Positions 47,736-55,379 of a stretch of DNA of 64,000 nt are shown in pieces. The notes beneath the pieces are model-generated. The model did not search any database. It saw nothing but the letters and a program-made list of their open reading frames with translations, and had not been told where the DNA came from. Positions within the stretch are counted from its first letter, which is position 1. Each line of letters starts with the position of its first letter. The DNA comes from Alphaproteobacteria bacterium (GTDB taxonomy: Bacteria; Pseudomonadota; Alphaproteobacteria; G02398745; G023898745), in assembly GCA_023898745.1 (NCBI GenBank), contig CP060237.1:235718-299717 (forward strand), given 5' to 3'. The position numbers and the translations under genes were made by a program.

Positions 47736-48197
47736 TTATATCATCAAAAGTGTAATATTAAAACGCTTTAATTCTTCTTTCAAAACACGCATCAAAATCT
47801 CATCGTCTTTTTTAATATCCGCTTTGGAAAGTTCTAATTTATGATGTTTAATTTTAAGATTCATGGGTGTATTCCTAAAAATAAATCCTAAAAGCACAAA
47901 AATTTTATTATATTCATCACCCTCCAGATTAATTTTGATATGCCTGGATAAATCTTGCGCCTCATGGGCTGGGATAGATGTACTGACAAAAATATGACGG
48001 AAACACTTAAACCGCCATGTCATATCATCAACAGCGTCTTTAATATCAGGGTGCGTTTCTGATAAAAAATTTAAAACCGTCAGGGGTGAGGCAAGGTCGT
48101 GTAAGATTTTTGAGATAACGGCAGTGTTAGAAGGTGCCACAGACTCGTCATCCTGAGCGAGCGTAGCGCGAGAGGAATCTTCCTGAGACATACTCAA
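47736..48197 (-). CDS. Possible ChpT-like histidine phosphotransferase / HisKA_2-type phosphoacceptor fragment. Its N-terminal 17 codons are supplied by a palindromic repeat.
   Basis: ILHDLASPLTVLNFL resembles the H-box of ChpT/HisKA_2 domains (RLCHDfiSPl). The start codon and the first ~17 codons (MSMSQEDSSRATLAQDD) lie inside the GTCATCCTGAGCG hairpin repeat at 48158..48252. Confidence 0.3.
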   Translation of the reverse strand: MSMSQEDSSRATLAQDDESVAPSNTAVISKILHDLASPLTVLNFLSETHPDIKDAVDDMTWRFKCFRHIFVSTSIPAHEAQDLSRHIKINLEGDEYNKIFVLLGFIFRNTPMNLKIKHHKLELSKADIKKDDEILMRVLKEELKRFNITLLMI

Positions 48198-48252
48198 GAA
48201 GCTCCTTCGCTACGCTCAGGATGACAGAGCGAGGACTCACGATGACGGAGCG
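48158..48252. repeat. GTCATCCTGAGCG...CGCTCAGGATGAC palindromic hairpin repeat overlapping the 5' end of the 47736..48197 ORF
   Basis: cgtcatcctgagcgagcgtagcgcgagaggaatcttcctgagacatactcaagaagctccttcgctacgctcaggatgac. Confidence 0.6.
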
Positions 48253-48254
48253 TT

Positions 48255-48668
48255 TTATGCATGACGTCTGGTTTGAAAACGCCTTAACTTCTCTTTTTTC
48301 TCTTGCGCTTCCAAACTCAGTGTTGCAATTGGTCTTGCAATGAGACGATTGATATCAATTGGCTCACCCGTCTCTTCACAGTACCCATAAGATCCATCTT
48401 CAATTTTGCTTAACGCTTGATCGATTTTCTCAATCAACAAGCTATCACGTTGCTTAGATGCTAGGGCTAAACTTTGTTCCGTTTCTTTCGCTGCAATATC
48501 CGCAATATCCGACTCTAGGGACGCTTCCACAATCTTCTCAGCCTTTTGACGCTCTTGCAATAAAGACTGTTTCCAGCTCACAAGTCTCTTCTTGAAATAA
48601 CTCTTTTGCTCTTCATTCATAAAATCATCCTCATTTTCTGGGGTGTAATCTTTTTGATTATTGTTCAT
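48255..48668 (-). CDS. dksA: DksA/TraR-family RNA polymerase-binding regulator lacking the C4 zinc finger
   Basis: A coiled-coil N-terminal half with acidic tip residues, and a C-terminal GSYGYCEETGEPIDINRLIARPIATLSLEAQE that aligns to the DksA zinc-finger region but has only one Cys. Confidence 0.65.
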   Translation of the reverse strand: MNNNQKDYTPENEDDFMNEEQKSYFKKRLVSWKQSLLQERQKAEKIVEASLESDIADIAAKETEQSLALASKQRDSLLIEKIDQALSKIEDGSYGYCEETGEPIDINRLIARPIATLSLEAQEKKEKLRRFQTRRHA

Positions 48669-48844
48669 TACCTTGCAAAATAATTTCCCAACTTCATAAA
48701 ATTATTAGAACACAAACAAGATCAAATTCTCAATAAAATTTATACAAAATTTTAATAAAAAAACATATATAACTATTGAAATTAACTTTTTATTTATTTT
48801 TCTCATTCCATTCTATTGGAAAGAAAATAAAATATGTTATTGGC

Positions 48845-49285
48845 ATGCGAGAAAATCATTTAGAAGCAATTTCCCTTGTTGAAGTTGTGTATAAACTCTA
48901 CTTAGATGTGCTAAAAACTGAGCTAAGCAAATTAGGAATTTTGGACATCAACAACATGCAAGCCATGATTATGTATCATATTGGTGATCGTAAGTTATCT
49001 ATAGGCGAAGTCATAGACAAAGGCTGCTTTATTGGCTCAAATGTCTCATATAATGTAAAAAAACTCACATCTGCAGGATATTTAAAACAAGAGCCATCTC
49101 AATTTGATCGACGCTCTGTATATTTGACACTTACAAAACAAGGAAAAGAAGTGTATACGAAGCTTCATAAGGCAATTCAGGAGCAAAAGAAGGTGTTGTT
49201 GAAATATGGTTTGTCTGATCAAGATTTCGAAAATTTGAAAGAGACCTTGACGAAGCTTGAATATGTTCTTATAAGAATGGTGTAA
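48845..49285 (+). CDS. MarR-family winged-helix transcriptional regulator
   Basis: wHTH with the wing motif DRRSVYLTLTKQGKEV. The start is at MRENHLE; it lies divergent from the dksA-like gene. Confidence 0.6.
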   Translation: MRENHLEAISLVEVVYKLYLDVLKTELSKLGILDINNMQAMIMYHIGDRKLSIGEVIDKGCFIGSNVSYNVKKLTSAGYLKQEPSQFDRRSVYLTLTKQGKEVYTKLHKAIQEQKKVLLKYGLSDQDFENLKETLTKLEYVLIRMV

Positions 49286-49316
49286 GAATATATTTTATTG
49301 ATAATTTAGGAGAAGC

Positions 49317-49709
49317 ATGTTTTTTTTATTCAGTTCTGCTGAGCAAACACAAGCCGTTGCAGCTGTAGTGTTTTCATATTCAATCCAGGAGGGATCTACA
49401 GTTGATATACCTCAGGCGTTTCCAAATGGCACAAAAACTTTAGAACTGCGCTCAACGACCGGTCAATGGAATAAGTTAATAATAGATCAATTGGAAAATA
49501 TTTTAAGTCAGCCAGGCTTGGAGAGCTTAGAAAAAATACGCCTCATTAATGTTAGAAGTCTAACCGAAAATCAGATAAAGGAGCTCTCTGAAAAATTATG
49601 GCAACACTCTAAAACAGTGCAAGAAATCGTATGGGGGGATTATTCTTGGAAACGTGACAAACCGCTTTTGATGTCTGCTCAGGAAAAATCCCTACCTATT
49701 TCCGGTTAA
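49317..49709 (+). CDS. Hypothetical 130-aa protein with an MFFLFSSAEQ leader
   Basis: The ORF is preceded by an AGGAG RBS; the leader is nearly identical to that of the DacC-like PBP (MFFLFSKA). Confidence 0.45.
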   Translation: MFFLFSSAEQTQAVAAVVFSYSIQEGSTVDIPQAFPNGTKTLELRSTTGQWNKLIIDQLENILSQPGLESLEKIRLINVRSLTENQIKELSEKLWQHSKTVQEIVWGDYSWKRDKPLLMSAQEKSLPISG

Positions 49710-51028
49710 AAAAGAGGATACGAGTTCGTATGGCTCATGATCATCTGAGAAACAAAACTCTCTGAATCGTCTATTTCAGACACGTAATTTACCAAAAAAT
49801 TATGAATAACAGGATGTAATCTTTCTTTACCTTCAGGGCTAAATGCTAGCATGCCGATAGAGTCTGCAAATTTTTTTACATCTTCTATAAAAAGATACTC
49901 TTCAAACATTTTATCTTTCAATGGTTGGGGTACTGCTGCTAAACTCTGCTCCACAAAATCTTTGCGCCTCATAAGAGCTCTGTATGGTCTAAGAAATCTA
50001 ATACTCTCATTATGCCTACATAAACGATAAAAATAATCCGTAAATGCTTGGCTATTTCGATATTGATCAAGCTCAAAACCCATGTCTAACTCCTGCACAA
50101 TTCCAGAAAATTCCTGTCGAAACTCTGCGTCTTCTCCAAGTTTTTTATATAGCACCGCAATAAATTCTGGCCGAAAGATAAATACATCAAAAAGAAGGTC
50201 TTGCTTGCAGACTTCATCGTATGAAAAATTCATCGACTGCACATCGATTAAACTAAACACGCCTGTCTCTTTGTCATAAAACACATTATTCGCGTTTAAA
50301 TCATTATGCGCCCCATGCATAAATTTATGAAATTTTCTCAATCTTCGTCCGAAATCTGCTAAGACATTTGAAGCATCTGCATCATTCCTACGATCTCGCA
50401 GAAAGGCTATTATAGAAACTCCTGGCGCACATGGCATAATGACCCACGATCGATTAATATCTCTCCGGGAAACAACTTGTACAGGCATAATTACCCTTAA
50501 GGCATTCTGCGCTACAAGAAACGGGTTCATTTCATTTAAATGCTTTAAATTATAAAGCTCTGACTCTGGAGATGATCTCGCAAGCAATATACTTTCGATT
50601 GTTACAGAATACGCCTGCCTGGCTTGCTGAGCAGCTACCGCATTTTCTTGCAAAACTTTTATAATATAATCATTCACTCTTCGACTTGGATCCATCACAT
50701 GAACACCTTTGACTTTCCATAAAGCTTCTGTAAAAGAACCTTGCGCCTCCATTACCTGTGCATTTGGAACTGGATTAGGCAAAAAATATGGCTGAATTAA
50801 AATTTCGGGTCCAATTGCTGGATCTTGATCTCCATCACTGTCAACCATCGGAGCTCCATACTCACCCTCGCCTGCTATTGCCATAACTATTTCATCTGAC
50901 TGCACATCCTCTCCAGAATCATCAGATTCTTTGCGAAAAAAATACCCACCTACAAATGTTATTGTGGGAAAAATCAACGCACTCCCTAAAAAAACCGCCC
51001 CATGAATAACGCCATAATTTTTGCTCAT
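49706..51028 (-). CDS. Membrane-anchored protein-kinase-like (PKL) fold protein (aminoglycoside/choline/Kdo-kinase-like)
   Basis: N-terminal TM helix (GVIHGAVFLGSALIFPTITFVGGYFF) and an acidic linker. A Brenner-type catalytic loop HGAHNDLNANNVFYD and the metal-binding LIDVQS, analogous to HGDLHPGN...IDFE of APH/Kdo kinases. Confidence 0.5.
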   Translation of the reverse strand: MSKNYGVIHGAVFLGSALIFPTITFVGGYFFRKESDDSGEDVQSDEIVMAIAGEGEYGAPMVDSDGDQDPAIGPEILIQPYFLPNPVPNAQVMEAQGSFTEALWKVKGVHVMDPSRRVNDYIIKVLQENAVAAQQARQAYSVTIESILLARSSPESELYNLKHLNEMNPFLVAQNALRVIMPVQVVSRRDINRSWVIMPCAPGVSIIAFLRDRRNDADASNVLADFGRRLRKFHKFMHGAHNDLNANNVFYDKETGVFSLIDVQSMNFSYDEVCKQDLLFDVFIFRPEFIAVLYKKLGEDAEFRQEFSGIVQELDMGFELDQYRNSQAFTDYFYRLCRHNESIRFLRPYRALMRRKDFVEQSLAAVPQPLKDKMFEEYLFIEDVKKFADSIGMLAFSPEGKERLHPVIHNFLVNYVSEIDDSESFVSQMIMSHTNSYPLF

Positions 51029-51145
51029 ATTTTATAAATTTAGGTACGTTTATAGCTTGAGTATATCACACATATCAAACTTCTGCACTATAGAACACAA
51101 AATGCAAAAATGTTATAATGAAGAAATTAAAAAACAAATACCCTC

Positions 51146-52459
51146 ATGTCTAAAAATAATTTTGCTGGAAAACTTGTGTTGGCTATATGTGTCTCTTGGG
51201 CGCTGCCTTTACTGCTTTGGATAGGTTCCTATAGCACAACATCACAGGTTTCTTCCAATGTTTCGTATGCATCTTTGTATGCTGCGCCAGATGATGAAAA
51301 CATGCAACTTAAACTTTTTTATAAGGGAAGAGAATTAGGTATTGTAACGCGTCAAACCATAATAAATGCACAAATGGAAGAACTGGCGAAAATAACCGAT
51401 CCCACAACTTGGTTAGATGATCATCCAGACCCTGATGGAACATATACTGTCAGAATACCAACGCAAAACTCAAACGGCATAACTTTGTCAATTGAGGCAG
51501 ATCGTCTCATATTTAATGACCTCATGAATTATATAAATGGAAATAATGTTGAATTTAAAAGAGAAGATCAAACATTTTGGAAAAATATAGCAATTTTCTT
51601 GGGTGCAAAAAACTTAATAAAAAATATAGAAATGCATGAATTATTTCCAAACTTAAGTACGGAAAAAATTAACCACTTAAAAGCTTCTGCAATCGGGCAA
51701 AAACTCACAGAATTACGTGAAATGTCACCAGAGGCACGTGCGTGGCTTGAAGAACTGCTAAATAACAATACACTTGACTTTTCTATGAACTATCCTTATC
51801 CATCTCAGTCTGCAGATGATTTGCTTCGCTCTCTGAGCCCTTTCATCACAAACAAGGATGACAATGAAATAAAACGCTTAAGAACAAGAGTCACACCTTT
51901 AATTGCTAAACTCATGAGCAAATCTCATGACCGCAGACTATCTTATGCACTTACTCTGTTTGCTTATTTAGAAGAATCTTATTGGGATAAAATTGTTGCT
52001 GATGCAGAGAAATTATACGCAATAGACCCGTCAGAAGATCTTGTGATACTCGCTTCTTATCTTAATAACACGCCCTATAAAAACGACCCAGATAAATTTA
52101 TAAATTTCGTTATTGAAGTAAAAAAAATTATATCGGATGGTATGGACGCACTCATAACAGCACTGTCTCAAGGTGTTGAAATGATGGGTCGCATGACTTC
52201 TAACCCAGAAAAAGCAATCATAAACGACCTGAAACTTTTAACCGAATCCCGACCAAACGCAAAAGTAGGAAGCTTGTGGCGTAGTTATCTTGCACTCATC
52301 AACGATAGCCAACAAGTGGGTCCCGAAAATTTAAAAGACCAGTGGCTTGAAATAATTTATCAAAAGCTAAAAGATGACCCCAATTTGCCTCTTGACGAGG
52401 CATGGATCGGAGTGCGCCTTAACCGAACAGGAAACGGTTATGTGTTGGAGCAACTCTAA
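51146..52459 (+). CDS. Hypothetical 437-aa protein with a classical N-terminal signal/anchor sequence
   Basis: LVLAICVSWALPLLLWIGS hydrophobic N-terminus; no motif recognised. Confidence 0.5.
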   Translation: MSKNNFAGKLVLAICVSWALPLLLWIGSYSTTSQVSSNVSYASLYAAPDDENMQLKLFYKGRELGIVTRQTIINAQMEELAKITDPTTWLDDHPDPDGTYTVRIPTQNSNGITLSIEADRLIFNDLMNYINGNNVEFKREDQTFWKNIAIFLGAKNLIKNIEMHELFPNLSTEKINHLKASAIGQKLTELREMSPEARAWLEELLNNNTLDFSMNYPYPSQSADDLLRSLSPFITNKDDNEIKRLRTRVTPLIAKLMSKSHDRRLSYALTLFAYLEESYWDKIVADAEKLYAIDPSEDLVILASYLNNTPYKNDPDKFINFVIEVKKIISDGMDALITALSQGVEMMGRMTSNPEKAIINDLKLLTESRPNAKVGSLWRSYLALINDSQQVGPENLKDQWLEIIYQKLKDDPNLPLDEAWIGVRLNRTGNGYVLEQL

Positions 52460-52708
52460 AATTATTAAAAGCTATGGCAAGTAACACATATCTAATATCT
52501 AACTTTGGTAACGCAGACCTAAATTACCAAGATAGGTTTATGCACAAGACTAACCACCTTTCTTCTGATTTAACACGCTGGATGAAATAGCTGCGCAGTT
52601 GGATAGATAGCAGATTGTCCATATTCGATAACTAAAAAAGCCCTTCACACTTCTATCTTTAAGAAGAAATGGAATGATCTGATATAGTAAAAAAGATTCA
52701 CTCATATT

Positions 52709-53155
52709 TTGTGTCACATGAAATCCTTCATCCCCTCTCCTGCAGCAAAACCCAAACCAACGCCAACAAAAATATCTTTTAAGGGTGAGCTAAACCTCAC
52801 CACAGATCCACACTTAGAACTTACATTTGAAATGCGACCAGAATTTGATGCGAAAGGGCGTTTATTATCACTATCTTTCATTCATGAAAATCTCACTCAC
52901 AAACATACATTTGCGATTGAAGACCCGCTTACAGAAAACAGTCCGTGTGGTGGAGTTTATAGCGATACTTTACCACTATCACACATTGCACAGGCGTATT
53001 TTAAAAATGATGACCGTGTCATTGATATCACACAAAATCTTTTGTCGGGCATAGAAAGTGGCGCGATACAATATGGTGATCTTGTATCTTACAGAGGTTA
53101 CAAAAAAGATGCTGCAAGTAAGTTTGTACAAATTTGTTTCAAAGGGAGAGTATAA
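52709..53155 (+). CDS. Hypothetical 148-aa protein, translationally coupled to the downstream ORF
   Basis: The stop TAA overlaps the next ATG (TAATG at 53153..53157). Confidence 0.4.
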   Translation: MCHMKSFIPSPAAKPKPTPTKISFKGELNLTTDPHLELTFEMRPEFDAKGRLLSLSFIHENLTHKHTFAIEDPLTENSPCGGVYSDTLPLSHIAQAYFKNDDRVIDITQNLLSGIESGAIQYGDLVSYRGYKKDAASKFVQICFKGRV

Positions 53156-53577
53156 TGGACTGGATAACGTTAGCCTTAGAAACAGCAAAATTTTTCACCA
53201 AACATTTTCCTGGATTGCTACAAACCAAAGATCCGTTAGAACTATCTCGCATCCTAAAAGAGCATCCTGATAAAGCGCTTGAACTTTATAAACACTTGAT
53301 GACGCTTGAGCAAGAAATGCATAAGATGGTTTTAATTGATAGGCAAAAAGCGCGCCTCACCAATAAATCTTTCTACAGACGATTTCTCTTTTTTAGTTTT
53401 GTTTGTTTAGGGTTAGGAGGGTGTTTTTGGTTAATGCAAAAACCAAATCTTTCCAGTGAAATATTGGTTATTATATCTACTTTGGCTGGTATTTTGGGAT
53501 CGTGCTTAAAAGATATTTATGCATTTGAGTTTGGGGGAGATGCGCCTAAGAGGTCAATTAAACCGCCAGGGTTTTGA
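53155..53577 (+). CDS. Hypothetical 140-aa membrane protein (two TM)
   Basis: The start is at MDWITLALE, preceded by AAGGGAGAG; hydrophobic helices FLFFSFVCLGLGGCFWL and ILVIISTLAGILGSCL. Confidence 0.4.
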   Translation: MDWITLALETAKFFTKHFPGLLQTKDPLELSRILKEHPDKALELYKHLMTLEQEMHKMVLIDRQKARLTNKSFYRRFLFFSFVCLGLGGCFWLMQKPNLSSEILVIISTLAGILGSCLKDIYAFEFGGDAPKRSIKPPGF

Positions 53578-53584
53578 AATGCAC

Positions 53585-53702
53585 CGCGGGACATCATGGC
53601 CATCCACAAGGGATCACCACGATCTGCTTCGCAGATCTCGTGATGACGACAGATATAACACTCCTCGTGATGACGAAAAATATAGCGCTCCTCGTAATGA
53701 CA
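53585..53702. repeat. Modular hairpin repeat plus three CTCGTGATGACG-type iterations
   Basis: ggatcaccacgatctgcttcgcagatctcgtgatgacgacagatataacactcctcgtgatgacgaaaaatatagcgctcctcgtaatgac. Confidence 0.75.
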
Positions 53703-53942
53703 CCCCTGCCGCCATAAACTTTTCTTAACCTTTTTCATGCTGTCCTAAAGAAAACAGGTGTTATTTTATATGAAACACAGCCTCAAGCTCAGAATGAAAC
53801 CTATGCCCCAACCTATCAATAACGAGCTAATTCCTTATAAAAGGCGCGATAAATTACTGGTGAAGTATTATATTGGATTATATGTTGTTTTAAGGGTATG
53901 TGTGGAGTTATTGAGTCGGCCGAGTATTGTTTCTTAGCGCTT

Positions 53943-54152
53943 ACATCATCACGAGGAGTGTTATATCTGTCGTCATCACGAGGAGCGCAGCGACGCGGTG
54001 ATCTATGGAGGTGCCCGCCTTCGCTCTTTGAGCTTCGGCGAGGCATCCATTTCACACGCTCCGACTCAACCAATCTCGTCGTAGCTAAATTTTGCTGAAA
54101 GCAAAATTTGCGAAGACGGATGGATAGCCACGCTACGCTCACCATGACGACG
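53943..54152. repeat. Composite repeat region with an inverted element A copy
   Basis: Reverse-complement match to element A, including the gcaaattttgc-tgaaa-gcaaaatttgc hairpin. Confidence 0.8.
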
Positions 54153-54157
54153 CCGCA

Positions 54158-54952
54158 CTATGCAGTCAACACTGACGCACTCTTCGCAGCTTCCAAGTCT
54201 ACCAAATCCGCAAAATACCCTATAAAATCCCCAACATCCTCAGCTGTGGAGCGAATCTTCCAAGGTGCAAGTGGTAAAATTTGCCCTTGGCTCATTTGCG
54301 TTAAAGGCTCAAAAGTTTCACGCCAATTGCTATCCACAATCAATGTGCGATTTTTCAACATAGATTTTGTAAACTTACCTAAGTTAGAAAAATGATTCAC
54401 TAAACCAGTCTTCAAATCAATATATAACTCTTTAAGATTATCATTCGTATTCAACAGTCTTGTATCAATCGTTCTAGATTTATTTGCATCTTTTAATACA
54501 TAATTTTCTGCCAAAATATTAGGAATATCCAAGCTAATGCGTCCATTTTTCACTGTAAATACATCTTGATCAAAGGCTTCTAGCTGAACAACGTTATCAA
54601 GATTGATACGCTTTACTTCGCCAGTTTGCTCAGGAATATTATGCTCTCTTGCAATATGATCCCAATTTAAAACAATCTTGCCTTTTTCTTTTTTGAATTC
54701 GTCATATCCAAAGTCTTCATACGTGATCAACTTATCTGCATTGAAACTTCTAATATTGCCTTGATTGTAAATTAACTTATCGTAATTCGGAACGGTTGCT
54801 TGTAGTGATTCTAAGAATTTTTTATGAAAATTCGCCATTTGAATTCTATAAAACATGAGGCTGACAGCAAATGAAACCGCTAGGCTCACGCTTAGAATTG
54901 TCATGATATTTTGAGGCAGAGTACTTCTTACGGGCAGTGCTGCAGTTGTCAT
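54158..54952 (-). CDS. Hypothetical 264-aa protein with an N-terminal TM anchor
   Basis: IMTILSVSLAVSFAVSLMFY signal-anchor; no motif recognised. Confidence 0.45.
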   Translation of the reverse strand: MTTAALPVRSTLPQNIMTILSVSLAVSFAVSLMFYRIQMANFHKKFLESLQATVPNYDKLIYNQGNIRSFNADKLITYEDFGYDEFKKEKGKIVLNWDHIAREHNIPEQTGEVKRINLDNVVQLEAFDQDVFTVKNGRISLDIPNILAENYVLKDANKSRTIDTRLLNTNDNLKELYIDLKTGLVNHFSNLGKFTKSMLKNRTLIVDSNWRETFEPLTQMSQGQILPLAPWKIRSTAEDVGDFIGYFADLVDLEAAKSASVLTA

Positions 54953-55025
54953 AGTAAAAGAAAATATATACTTCTATTTTATTTTGACAAATATTTAAGT
55001 ATTATTCAAATTTACTTTTTTAAAT

Positions 55026-55357
55026 CGTCATCCTGAGCCGAAGGCGAAGGATCTTCTCAAGTCTGTCTCAGGAAGATCCTTCATTCGCTTCGCTCATTCA
55101 GGATGACGGTGCACGGAAAGCACGTCATGGCGAGCGAAGGTGGGCTATCTCAATGGATCACCATGTCGCTGCGCTCCTCGTGATGACGACTCTGAGCCCG
55201 TCATGGCGAGATTTTCGAAAGAAAATCGTGGCCATCCATGTTTTTCTGGATCACCACGCCTTGCTACGCAAGGCTCGTGATGACGTCTGCGCATATTTTT
55301 CGTGGGGATGAATCAGCTCAGGATGATGAAATTCATGCGCTCCTCGTGATGACGGCG
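55026..55357. repeat. Composite repeat region (GTCATCCTGAGCC hairpin, GTCATGGCGAGCG hairpins, hairpin modules)
   Basis: Direct repeats of modules seen elsewhere; it generates the spurious MFFWITTPCYARLVMT ORF. Confidence 0.8.
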
Positions 55358-55379
55358 CAATTTTCCCCTTCGCTCACAC

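Noticed and set aside
52560-52640. Possible tRNA-like segment (gctgcgcagttggatagatagcag resembles a D-arm)
   Set aside because: No T-arm (GTTCRANYC), no acceptor-stem complementarity and no CCA context could be found.
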